Shown piece by piece: positions 1-9,085 of a stretch of 64,000 nt of DNA. Under the pieces are notes generated by a model, which was not told where the DNA came from, did no database searches, and saw only the letters and a program-made list of their open reading frames with translations. The position numbers and the translations under genes were made by a program. The stretch is from Obrimoposthia wandeli (Eukaryota): assembly GCA_977020255.1 (NCBI GenBank), contig CDROCS010003952.1, forward strand, positions 124,001 to 188,000, in the 5' to 3' direction. Positions within the stretch are counted from its first letter, which is position 1; each line of letters begins with the position of its first letter.

Positions 1-708
1 ACCATTGAGTTCATAATTAAAATAACTTTCATCTTGAGAGAATATTGCCTGCTGTACATCTCCCATACCAACATCCGCAAAATGAGTCCCAATTGTCATC
101 ACTTTCGAGTTAGAAGCGATCACCTTGCCTGAATCATCTAAAATCAAAGTCACCGCGCCGGGAAATTGGATGTCGTTAACGACTTTACCCAAGATATCCA
201 GCTCTATATCGCCCAAAATAACCCCATCGCTAACACTTTTTGATATTGATATAACAGGTTTCCCTGTAGAAGCGGCATTATAGACATCTGTTAGAACTAG
301 ACCATTTGTCGCCTTAGCTTTTTGATACCATTCGCGAGTTCTAGGGTCGTATTCGCTCGGATTTCTGGGACCTAAAGAAGCAAATGACCTGCCATCATCA
401 AGACCGTAAACAACCATACTTAATCCACTCATATCCTCACTTAAAGCTGCTAATTGAACATAACTGTCGCCGCTTATTCCTGCTTGGTAATGGCTCGTTA
501 ACGAGTCGATAACTTGCATTTTATCTTGAAACCAACTTTCAATTTTGTAGGCTTCATTGTTAACGAGAGATGCTGACATTTCATCAACGTTCTGAATTGT
601 TGTTTCTTTTAAAGTGATGTAGGAGAGCCAGTTAGATGCCATTAAGCATAGTGTAATTAACGCTGCTACCGAGGTTATGATTGTGGTTTTGAATCCTAGG
701 GATTTCAT
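1..708 (-). CDS. Methyl-accepting chemotaxis protein, N-terminal part (TM + dCache_1 sensor); runs off the window start
   Basis: Not in the ORF track. Manual translation from ATG at 708: MKSLGFKTTIITSVAALITLCLMASNWLSY (TM) ... YDPRTREWYQKAK ... LTDVYNAASTGKPVISIS (dCache motifs). Open to position 1. The signalling domain is not visible, so MCP vs other dCache sensor is inferred. Confidence 0.8.
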   Translation of the reverse strand, partial: MKSLGFKTTIITSVAALITLCLMASNWLSYITLKETTIQNVDEMSASLVNNEAYKIESWFQDKMQVIDSLTSHYQAGISGDSYVQLAALSEDMSGLSMVVYGLDDGRSFASLGPRNPSEYDPRTREWYQKAKATNGLVLTDVYNAASTGKPVISISKSVSDGVILGDIELDILGKVVNDIQFPGAVTLILDDSGKVIASNSKVMTIGTHFADVGMGDVQQAIFSQDESYFNYELNG

Positions 709-1263
709 TTACAGTGGCCTTAAAGTTATAAAATGATTAGGAGTGTTTGTCCTGTAAACACGGAGATAAACGCCCCTGGAATCTATTTCAGTTGGCGCAG
801 CTAGATTCTATGTGATATTTAAAACTTTTGGTAGAGTAAGTACTCAATTGTGGGTACTTGGGCATGGTTGTAGATATAAGCTGTAGATATAAGTCGGAGT
901 GAATAAATATTAAGAAGTTACGCTCATAACCGGTTGTAATACTGAAAATTAATCCCATTACACGAATGGGTAAATGCATGGGAATCGATATGAACATATA
1001 CTGAGTGAGTAGCTGCGCTAAGCGACGTCGGGGAGAAAGGGCTTAGTGTCTCTGTCGTCGCCGATAGTCATATGATTAGATGTTGTAGGGCGAATTGAAG
1101 TGGTAGAGTGAATTTGGCCACCTAACTAGAGGTGTTATAATACTGTAGTGGCTAAGTAATACTGGCCACGGTTTTCTGTTCATTCTTGTAAATTGTATTA
1201 TATGAAAAGCAACCATAAATTAGTTGAGTGTAAAGAGGGATTGAGAATTGCTCTAAAAATAAA

Positions 1264-1305
1264 ATCGAGGTATCGATAAAGCCTGCTACTTCACGATACC
1301 TCGAT
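1264..1305 (-). terminator. Intrinsic terminator of hcp-hcr
   Basis: 12-bp inverted repeat ATCGAGGTATCG/CGATACCTCGAT followed by a T-rich run on the minus strand, ~55 bp after the hcr stop. Confidence 0.7.
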
Positions 1306-1359
1306 GCTTACTGACCCTGTAAATAATGGTGTATTATGTTATTTCACTCATTAACTTTA

Positions 1360-2694
1360 CTAGCTGAGTGCGACAGTCACATCGCCCTCAACTGTACTTG
1401 AACAGGCTAATACAAACCCTTGTTCAATTTCTGCCGCGGTAAGCGTTTCACTGCTGGTGGACTTCACTTCACCGCTAGTGACTTTACACTTACACGAGCC
1501 GCACACACCTGCACGACAAGCGCCAATAATCGGCACGCCATTATTCTCTAATAGTTCTAATAGTGATGAACCTTGTACTACCTTTTTCTCTACAGCAAAG
1601 TCGGGTACATACAGCATCACACTGGCCGTTACTGCGTCTGATGTGATGTTATCTTGCTGTTTGTTATCTGCAGCTGGCGTAAAGCTTTCTTGGAAGAAGT
1701 TCGCCATGTCAAAATCACTTTCTTGAGCAATATTCTCTACTGCTTTCATAAAGCCGACAGGACCACACAAGAAGATAGTACGATCTTGTAAATCTGGATA
1801 TAACTGCTGAATAACGTCTTTACTCACCATGCCTGTTTGATGTGTTAAAGCAGGGTTATTAGTCGTGGCATTGTCATTCGCACTGAAGTGAGCAAAACCA
1901 TCACTGTTTTCCAGTAATAATTGCACTTTGAAATTGCTGTGTTGAGCGATTAACGTCTGCATTTCAGCATGGAAGATAACGTTGTCTTTGTCTCGGGCGC
2001 AATGTAAGAACTCAATGTCAGCGTCGCTATCTTGCGCTAATAATGTTTTAGCAATCGACATAACAGGGGTGATACCACAACCTGCGCTAACCAAAAGTAA
2101 TTTGGCTTTGTGTTGGCAATCGCTGCTATTGAATTGGCCGGCAATGTTTAATGCCGATAAGTTATCACCGATAGCTAAGTTATCCGCTAACCAGTTCGAT
2201 ACCAAGCCGTCAGGTACACGCTTAATAGTTAAACGTAATTGTTTTTGCTGTGGCACAGAACTAATTGAATACGCGCGATAATGGGTTTTACCGTCGATTT
2301 CTACCGCTAAAGTCACGAATTGACCGGGCTTAAAATCAAACAGGGTTTGGTCTGCTGCCGCAAAAGTAAAGCTCATTGAGTCATGCGTTTCTAATTCACG
2401 CTTTACCAATACTAATGACGTTGTAGTCGGTGACCAAGTTGTTGGTGTTGGATTTGTTATCACAACAGGTTTTACAGCTGTTTCACCTAGCGAAAAACTC
2501 AGCTTTGGTGTTGCAAGCTTTGAAGAACCCGACGACTTACTACCACCAAGAGCAAAGTTAAGCTTAGGGGGCGTTAGCTTGGAAGTTGCTGGTTTAGCTG
2601 TTTTACCCAGACCTGAACTGTTTAATTTAAGAGGCTTAAGTGCAGGTGGTGTAAGTGTAGATGAAGGCGTATTTGAAGAAGACATTAGTTGCAC
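1360..2694 (-). CDS. hcr: NADH-dependent HCP oxidoreductase (FAD/NAD-binding + C-terminal 2Fe-2S) with ~85-aa low-complexity N-terminal extension
   Basis: FKPGQFV, RAYSISS, SAGCGITP, FLCGPVGFM, ESF and ferredoxin CRAGVCGSC...C motifs; directly downstream of hcp. Confidence 0.9.
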   Translation of the reverse strand: MQLMSSSNTPSSTLTPPALKPLKLNSSGLGKTAKPATSKLTPPKLNFALGGSKSSGSSKLATPKLSFSLGETAVKPVVITNPTPTTWSPTTTSLVLVKRELETHDSMSFTFAAADQTLFDFKPGQFVTLAVEIDGKTHYRAYSISSVPQQKQLRLTIKRVPDGLVSNWLADNLAIGDNLSALNIAGQFNSSDCQHKAKLLLVSAGCGITPVMSIAKTLLAQDSDADIEFLHCARDKDNVIFHAEMQTLIAQHSNFKVQLLLENSDGFAHFSANDNATTNNPALTHQTGMVSKDVIQQLYPDLQDRTIFLCGPVGFMKAVENIAQESDFDMANFFQESFTPAADNKQQDNITSDAVTASVMLYVPDFAVEKKVVQGSSLLELLENNGVPIIGACRAGVCGSCKCKVTSGEVKSTSSETLTAAEIEQGFVLACSSTVEGDVTVALS

Positions 2695-2754
2695 CTATGG
2701 CTGTAATAATTAAAGGTTTTAATATGGGGATGGGAGGCGTGTAGAACGCTTTTA

Positions 2755-2789
2755 ATCAATGCGGCATATCGGAATATGACCGCATTGAT
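2755..2789. other. Intergenic hairpin between hcp and hcr
   Basis: ATCAATGCGG/CCGCATTGAT arms with inner CATAT/ATATG pairing and no clear U-tract; possibly stabilises the hcp segment of the mRNA. Confidence 0.5.
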
Positions 2790-2814
2790 CAGCGAGTGCT
2801 ATTTACCAGCTAGC

Positions 2815-4491
2815 TTACTTACCAGACAACATAGTCACTAAGTCAGTTTCAGCATCGCCAACACTGCGCATATCAAAGTTATCTTGTAGCGCTTTAATCA
2901 AGTTGTCAGTTAAGAACGCAGGAGCAGTAGGACCGGTATAAATACCTTTGATACCTAAAGCGAATAACGTTAATAACACAACAATTGCTTTTTGCTCGAA
3001 CCAAGATAAAACAATGCTTAGCGGTAATTCATTCACACCACAATCAAACTCTTCAGCCAGTGCTAACACTAATTGAATTGCAGAATAAGTATCGTTACAT
3101 TGGCCAACATCTAATAGACGCGGGATACCATTGATATCGCCAAACTCTTTCTTATTGAAACGGTATTTACCACAAGCCAGTGTGAGTACCACTGAATCTT
3201 TAGGTGTATTAACAGCGATGTCAGTGAAGTAGCTACGCTCTTCTTTATCACCGTCACAACCACCGATTAGGAAGAAGTGCTTGATGTTACCGGCTTTAAC
3301 TTCTTTGATAACTGCAGGAGCAGCTTCCATCAGCGCGTTACGACCAAAACCAACCGTGATCATGTGTTCGATTTCTGTGTGTGCGATACCGTCTTGTGCA
3401 AGTGCACATTCGATAACTTGCGTGAAATCATCGCCTTCAATATGTACAACACCAGGCCAACCCACGATGCTACGTGTGAATAGACGGTCTGCGTATTGAC
3501 CTACGTTTGGATTGATTAGACAGTTAGATGTCATCACAATTGCGCCAGGGAAGTTAGCAAATTCTTTTTGCTGATTCTGCCAAGCGCTACCGAAGTTACC
3601 AACTAAGTGTGGGTATTTGTTTAGTTCAGGGTAACCGTGTGCAGGTAACATTTCACCATTGGTGTAAACGTTGATGCCTTTGCCTTCGGTTTGTTGCAAT
3701 ATTTTTTCTAAATCATGTAAGTCATGACCAGAAACAAGAATACATTTACCAGCAACTGGTTTCACGTTTACTTGTGTTGGTTGTGGGTGACCAAACGTAT
3801 TAGTTTCACCACGGTCTAGAATTTCCATGATGCGGTAGTTTAATAAACCAATTTGCATTGATGTTTCAAGTAGCGCATTCGCATCTGTCGGTTCAGTACC
3901 TAAGAATGCCATGATTTGATGGTATTCAGCGCAGATAGACTCTTCACTTTGACCAAGAACATGGGCATGTTCCATGTATGCTGCAGCGCCTTTAAGACCG
4001 TAAAGACATAATAAACGTAGACCAATAATGTCTTCGTGTAATTCTTCATGACCACGGTTAACCGCTGCTTCAGGTGCGAAGTTCATGATTTCTTCAGCTG
4101 TGCTTGGTAATACAAACTGCGCTGCAGGAGATAATGCAGGTAATGTGTCGCCAGCTGCTGCAGCGGCTGCCATGACTTGTGTGCTTAATTGGATCTTGTA
4201 ACGCTCAGCAATTTCAGTGTATTCAGTAATACGTTCTGGAACAAAGTTGACGTTAGTTAATGTAGAGAAGAATGCACGTGGTGCCCAAGCATCAATTTCA
4301 GTATCGATGATGTCGTATTTACGCGCTAATTCGGCCCAGAAAGACACACCTTGAAGATTAAATACTAATATGTCTTGTAGGTCTGAAACATCAGCCGTTT
4401 TACCACACATACCTTGAGTATAAGAACAGCCTTTAGCTGTAGGTGTTTGAACCGTTTGCTCACATTGAATACAGAACATTTGAAACTCCAT
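2815..4491 (-). CDS. hcp: Hybrid cluster protein (hydroxylamine/NO reductase), class II; likely start at MFCIQCEQT
   Basis: N-terminal C-x2-C-x11-C-x6-C, VSGHDL, MTSNC, IGGCDG, LACGK, VGQCND, SWFEQKA motifs. Confidence 0.97.
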   Translation of the reverse strand: MEFQMFCIQCEQTVQTPTAKGCSYTQGMCGKTADVSDLQDILVFNLQGVSFWAELARKYDIIDTEIDAWAPRAFFSTLTNVNFVPERITEYTEIAERYKIQLSTQVMAAAAAAGDTLPALSPAAQFVLPSTAEEIMNFAPEAAVNRGHEELHEDIIGLRLLCLYGLKGAAAYMEHAHVLGQSEESICAEYHQIMAFLGTEPTDANALLETSMQIGLLNYRIMEILDRGETNTFGHPQPTQVNVKPVAGKCILVSGHDLHDLEKILQQTEGKGINVYTNGEMLPAHGYPELNKYPHLVGNFGSAWQNQQKEFANFPGAIVMTSNCLINPNVGQYADRLFTRSIVGWPGVVHIEGDDFTQVIECALAQDGIAHTEIEHMITVGFGRNALMEAAPAVIKEVKAGNIKHFFLIGGCDGDKEERSYFTDIAVNTPKDSVVLTLACGKYRFNKKEFGDINGIPRLLDVGQCNDTYSAIQLVLALAEEFDCGVNELPLSIVLSWFEQKAIVVLLTLFALGIKGIYTGPTAPAFLTDNLIKALQDNFDMRSVGDAETDLVTMLSGK

Positions 4492-4540
4492 TATAATTAT
4501 ATGATTGATATCGAATTAACGATGATCTCACAATTTATAA

Positions 4541-4557
4541 TGCAGCTAACGTGCCAA
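4541..4557 (-). promoter_or_regulatory. sigma54 (-24/-12) promoter of hcp-hcr
   Basis: Minus strand reads TTGGCAC-GTTAG-CTGCA (consensus TGGCAC-N5-TTGCA), upstream of hcp and next to a sigma54 activator gene. Confidence 0.8.
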
Positions 4558-4610
4558 CTTTTATGTTGTTGATACTTAACAGTATTGTGTTTTTCTATAT
4601 TATACTCGAT

Positions 4611-4673
4611 GTAATAACTACAACCTTTATGATGTGATTATTACATCAAAGTTAATGTTGATGTTGTTTACAC
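4611..4673. promoter_or_regulatory. Three NorR enhancer sites (GT-N7-AC)
   Basis: GTAATAACTAC 4611-4621; GATGT-GATTATT-ACATC 4631-4647; GTTGTTTACAC 4663-4673 (overlaps the norR stop). Three such sites is the established NorR enhancer layout. Confidence 0.8.
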
Positions 4674-6248
4674 CAACTCTGCAGCGCGTAATGTTTTAGG
4701 CTCAATACCGAGTTTTTTGCCCATTTTGTATAAATTACCGCGATCCATCTGTAAAAACTCTGCTGCTTGCGCCCACACGAAGTTAGATTGTTGCAGGGCA
4801 TGGGAAATAAGCTTGGTTTGATAGCTTTCTACTGCGCCACGTAGCTCAAATGATGTCGTGGGTAAATCATCAGCCTCTGTGTTCGAGTCGCTTTCTGCTG
4901 AATAGGCGTAAGTGTGGCTCACTTCATCGGATAAGTGTTGCTGTAAGATCAGGCTTTGCTGTGCTTGAATTGCACGGAGTCCGGCACGCATCAAGGTATG
5001 TTCTAATTCCCGTACGTTACCAGGCCAGCTGTAATGATTCAGCGCTGTTAATGCTTGTGGGTGCAATTGTAACTTAGCCACATTGAATTGGCTGCGTACA
5101 CGATCGAGTATGTGCCCTGATAATACCGCAATATCACCTTGGCGATGACGTAGTGGTGGAACCTTAATTGGAAACACATTTAACCTATGGTATAGATCAC
5201 TTCGAAAGCGACCTGCTGCGACTTCTTCGGTTAACTCGCGGTTAGTTGCCGCGATAATGCGGACATTGATCATTAAGTTCTTATCTGCGCCAACACGTTG
5301 TACTTCGCCTTGTTGGATAACACGCAGTAGTTTAGCTTGCATTAACAGCGGTAACTCACCGATTTCATCTAAGAAAATAGTACCGCCATCAGCTAACTCA
5401 AATTTACCTGCGCGGTTGCTGGTAGCGCCGGTAAATGCGCCTTTGATATGACCAAATAATTCACTCTCAGCAAGGCTTTCTGGCAAAGCAGCGCAGTTGA
5501 CGTAAATCATCGGCTTGGTTGCGCGTGAGGATTGAGAATGTACCGCGTGGGCAACTAACTCTTTACCTGTACCGGTTTCACCACTGATTAACACGGCGTA
5601 ATCGGAATAAGCCACCATGTTGATGTTGTTGCGCAGGGTTTGTATTTCAGGACTAATACCAACCAATTCACCGCCTTTATTACGGGCCTCTTGGATCAGT
5701 ACTTGATTCATATTCTGTTGTTGCTGGTGGCTTTTGTGCAATGCTTCAACTTGATTAACGTTTCTTATTGTTGCCGCCGCTAATGCTGCAAAGGTTGCCA
5801 CCGTAATATCATCAATACGCTTGAAAGCCCCGACCTGCATAGCGTCAAGGGTAATAAGGCCGACTAAATGGTCTTCTACATATAAGCTACAACCCATGCA
5901 GTCATGCACATCAATCGAGCGGTTTGGATCGCTTTTTAATAACCCATCAAATGGATCGGGCAAGGTCGAACTCGCTGGGAATCGAACTGGCTCGCGACTG
6001 GCTAGAATCGCGCGTAGGCGAGGGTGCTGCATTGGATCAAATTTTTGTCCTAATACTTCATCAGTCAAGCCATTTACGGCAGCGGCAGACAACAGACCTG
6101 AATCATCAAGAATAAACAAGGCACTGGCATCGCAAGGTAACACAGACTGTAGCGACTGCATTAAACGTTGGTAATGATGGCCTGACGGCAGGTTTAAATT
6201 GAGATCGAGTGCAATTTGTAGCATCGCTTGGTCGAGAGTTGTTTGCAT
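4668..6248 (-). CDS. norR: NO-sensing sigma54 activator (GAF-AAA+-HTH)
   Basis: GAF domain with NorR iron-ligand-like residues (HPRL, DPFD, DCMGC, TLDA), Walker [23 protein letters not shown]-terminal Fis-type HTH. Confidence 0.92.
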   Translation of the reverse strand: MQTTLDQAMLQIALDLNLNLPSGHHYQRLMQSLQSVLPCDASALFILDDSGLLSAAAVNGLTDEVLGQKFDPMQHPRLRAILASREPVRFPASSTLPDPFDGLLKSDPNRSIDVHDCMGCSLYVEDHLVGLITLDAMQVGAFKRIDDITVATFAALAAATIRNVNQVEALHKSHQQQQNMNQVLIQEARNKGGELVGISPEIQTLRNNINMVAYSDYAVLISGETGTGKELVAHAVHSQSSRATKPMIYVNCAALPESLAESELFGHIKGAFTGATSNRAGKFELADGGTIFLDEIGELPLLMQAKLLRVIQQGEVQRVGADKNLMINVRIIAATNRELTEEVAAGRFRSDLYHRLNVFPIKVPPLRHRQGDIAVLSGHILDRVRSQFNVAKLQLHPQALTALNHYSWPGNVRELEHTLMRAGLRAIQAQQSLILQQHLSDEVSHTYAYSAESDSNTEADDLPTTSFELRGAVESYQTKLISHALQQSNFVWAQAAEFLQMDRGNLYKMGKKLGIEPKTLRAAELV

Positions 6249-6270
6249 GCATAAGCCTTAATATCGAGAG

Positions 6271-6289
6271 TGATGTGATTTTTACATCA
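6271..6289. promoter_or_regulatory. NorR-type site upstream of norR (autoregulation candidate)
   Basis: TGATGT-GATTTTT-ACATCA, almost identical to the central hcp enhancer site, ~22 bp before the norR start. Confidence 0.7.
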
Positions 6290-6790
6290 TAGGCTAAAGC
6301 TGTAAATGACTGTCTGCTGAAACGCCGGTATAACAGCGATTTTATTGATCTGGATTAATTTTATAAAGGAATAAGTCATTCATAAACACTTGTTCGCCAT
6401 GCTGACGATGACAGCTCATCGTTGCTCCTTTCGAGGGGGGAGTTACAGTCGTGTCGTGACCAAATTAAGCACTTGGTTAGTCATCGTATTTAACGAAAGC
6501 GTTATTTTATAATAAATTATTTAAATATTTAAATGATTGTTTTAACTCCGCTCTTTACACGTACTGTAGCACGAAGAACTCCATAATTGATGATTGGTCT
6601 ATAGTTATGCTGTGGGTGAGTTAGTGTAAATAACATGGTGTTAAATATAAGTGATGGCCTGTATATATTATGATGAATAAGCGCGCCTTGATTCTGTTTA
6701 GTACCTATATTTTTTAATATTTAACTTTCCCAACATAATTATTATTAAGTGATTTAAAACCTTTATTTAGATATTCGTAGAGAGGTATAA

Positions 6791-7366
6791 ATGAAAGTAT
6801 TAACATTAATCGGTGATGATTTTGTACAGAAGTGTGACAATTTAGCGAGTTTAGCATTGCGGGATTTCCGCCCTGACGTGGTGATAGGTATTGCGACTGG
6901 TGGCAAGTATGTCGTCGAGGCTAAAAGTTCATTTACGAGTTTTAATCAATTAATTGTCAAAAGGCAAAGACCGGCAACAAAGAAAAAAGAAAAGTTGAAA
7001 ATCCTCAATATGTTAAAATATTTACCTAAGTTTTCATTAGATTCTTTAAGAAGCCTTGAAGTCTATTATCAAGAGAGAAAATTTAAAAATAACGAAGTGA
7101 AAAGGTGCGCTTCGGATGTGAAACTTATTTCTGGTGATGCTTCTTGTTTAAAAAAACCAGGTTGTAAAGTGCTCATTGTAGATGATGCTGTCGATAGCGG
7201 AAATACGATGTTAGACGTGTTTGACTTCATTTCAAATATCAATGATAGCTGTGATGTGAAGACCGCTGTATTAACGACGACCTTTACCAATCCGATTCAT
7301 AATGCGGATTTCACGCTTTATTCCAAAATATTATTAAGATGTCCATGGGCTTTGGATGCAAGATAA
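6791..7366 (+). CDS. Type I phosphoribosyltransferase family protein
   Basis: VVIGIATGG and PRPP-binding motif VLIVDDAVDSGNTM; AT-rich coding sequence. Confidence 0.8.
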   Translation: MKVLTLIGDDFVQKCDNLASLALRDFRPDVVIGIATGGKYVVEAKSSFTSFNQLIVKRQRPATKKKEKLKILNMLKYLPKFSLDSLRSLEVYYQERKFKNNEVKRCASDVKLISGDASCLKKPGCKVLIVDDAVDSGNTMLDVFDFISNINDSCDVKTAVLTTTFTNPIHNADFTLYSKILLRCPWALDAR

Positions 7367-7975
7367 ATGGTATCAATTTATGATCTTGACCTAACATTAA
7401 TCAGAGTTAATTCTTTTAAACATTGGGTTATATTTACGCTTTTTTTGTTACCTTTTAATTTATTTACTTTCCTACCTATTTTAACATTGTATTATAATCG
7501 ATGCATTGGTCTTGTAGGTAGGTATGAATTTAAAAAAAGATTAACAATCATCCAATCAGAAAGTAAATACTGGCGCCTGGCTGGGTTTATCTTTTCCAGG
7601 TATTTATGCTTATTTACCAATAAACAAGTATTAAAGCATTTAGAACAACCTGGCATAAATATAATTGCGTCTGCTGCGCCTGAAATCTATGGTAAATGCT
7701 TACCCTTCCTTGATAAGTTTGACCATGTTTTATTTTCGAGTTTATCTGATGGGCATTATATAGAACTTCTCGGTGACGCTAAAAAGGTCGCAGTGGTTAA
7801 CGAAATGGAAAATAATAACATTGAATTCAGTTTGTTACGATTTTATACTGACAGCTTAGAGGACTTACCTTTGGCTAGAATTGTGAATGAATTATATGTT
7901 ATCTATACCGAGGATACTGTTTTCGAATCGTTCCAAAATGAATTAGCTGATATCAAAGTCAGTCTATTGAAATAA
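7367..7975 (+). CDS. HAD-superfamily (IB-like) phosphatase with hydrophobic segment
   Basis: Motif I IYDLDLTL, IIASAAP, motif IV FYTDSLEDLPL; starts immediately after the PRTase stop. Confidence 0.75.
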   Translation: MVSIYDLDLTLIRVNSFKHWVIFTLFLLPFNLFTFLPILTLYYNRCIGLVGRYEFKKRLTIIQSESKYWRLAGFIFSRYLCLFTNKQVLKHLEQPGINIIASAAPEIYGKCLPFLDKFDHVLFSSLSDGHYIELLGDAKKVAVVNEMENNNIEFSLLRFYTDSLEDLPLARIVNELYVIYTEDTVFESFQNELADIKVSLLK

Positions 7976-8039
7976 CCATCAGAGTAGGGTCACAGGTACG
8001 TGATCTTATAGCAATAACCCTCAGTCCCCTCAGCGTTTT

Positions 8040-8960
8040 CTATACCTCGCGATATTTTTTCGCAGCGCGATTAAAAAGCTCTCTGAACCATTTATGCGTA
8101 GCGTCATTGGTACGTGATGAATGCCAGTAGATGGCTACTTTAATGGGTTCTAGTAAGAAATCGGCGTCGAGCTGTTTGAGGTTGTGGATGTGAATATATT
8201 TATCCACCAGTTTTTGTGGCAACAAAGCAATGTAATCACAACGCTCAATCACGGGTAGCATTTCCATGATACTGCTGGCTTGCCAAGCGACTCGACGTTT
8301 GCCGAGAATGCCTTCATCTTTAAGGCCGCGCCCTAATAAATAACCGCCTTTTTTATCAAGCTGGGAATGGGTGACGTGACTTTCAAATAAGAACTCTTCA
8401 GGTGTGATCGTGTTACCCGTCAGCCTTGGGTGATTTTCTCGACACATCACACTCAAAGTATCTTCCATTATCACTTTAGAGCGTAACTGCGAGCTTTGGT
8501 TTGAGTAGACTTCGATAATCAAGTCGCACTGTTGTGAGCGCAGCATATTGCTGTGGTCGTGACTGTATAAGGGTTCAACTTTGACACTCGCTAGCGGGGC
8601 TTCTTGACTCATCAGTGCTGAGAGTTCTGGCAATATAGTGAAGCCAAATACGCTGAGCGAAGACACCACAAATTCTTTATCGCACTTTAAGGGATTGAAT
8701 TTTTTAAATTCCGGCAGCATATACGCGATATTTTCGACAGAACTTGCCAGCGTAGGGTAAATGTCTAATGCAAACTGTGTGGGTTCTACGCCACGACTAC
8801 CACGGATAAATAACGGATCTTTAAACACTTCTTTGAGTCTCGTTACACCTTGGCTAACTGCCGATTGACTGATGCCCAAGCGTTTTGCTGCTTCGGTATA
8901 ACTTTTCTCTTCAACAATCGCGACGAATGTCGGAATTAAACTGTAATCTGAATGCTTCAT
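8040..8960 (-). CDS. LysR-family transcriptional regulator (LeuO/NodD-like)
   Basis: N-terminal HTH SYTEAAKRLGISQSAVSQGVTRL...LFIR; divergent from the sulfatase gene. Confidence 0.92.
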   Translation of the reverse strand: MKHSDYSLIPTFVAIVEEKSYTEAAKRLGISQSAVSQGVTRLKEVFKDPLFIRGSRGVEPTQFALDIYPTLASSVENIAYMLPEFKKFNPLKCDKEFVVSSLSVFGFTILPELSALMSQEAPLASVKVEPLYSHDHSNMLRSQQCDLIIEVYSNQSSQLRSKVIMEDTLSVMCRENHPRLTGNTITPEEFLFESHVTHSQLDKKGGYLLGRGLKDEGILGKRRVAWQASSIMEMLPVIERCDYIALLPQKLVDKYIHIHNLKQLDADFLLEPIKVAIYWHSSRTNDATHKWFRELFNRAAKKYREV

Positions 8961-8992
8961 CTCTTACCCTTTTATAAAATAGCGTAACTGAC

Positions 8993-9006
8993 ATAAGTTA
9001 ACTTAT
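8993..9006. promoter_or_regulatory. Palindrome in LysR/sulfatase divergent promoter; candidate operator
   Basis: Perfect 14-bp palindrome ATAAGTTAACTTAT between the divergent genes. The spacing is not an exact LysR T-N11-A box. Confidence 0.3.
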
Positions 9007-9085
9007 ATCATATATCACTTAACTTCTGCATTTTTTAGTTACGATAGCCTCATTAAATATGTTTAAACATTTAACGAGGCTTAAT

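Noticed and set aside
709-1359. Riboswitch or sRNA in the long spacer upstream of the chemoreceptor; 69-aa ORF 788-997
   Set aside because: Some short hairpins are present, but no recognisable riboswitch consensus (e.g. c-di-GMP); the ORF has no recognisable motifs.
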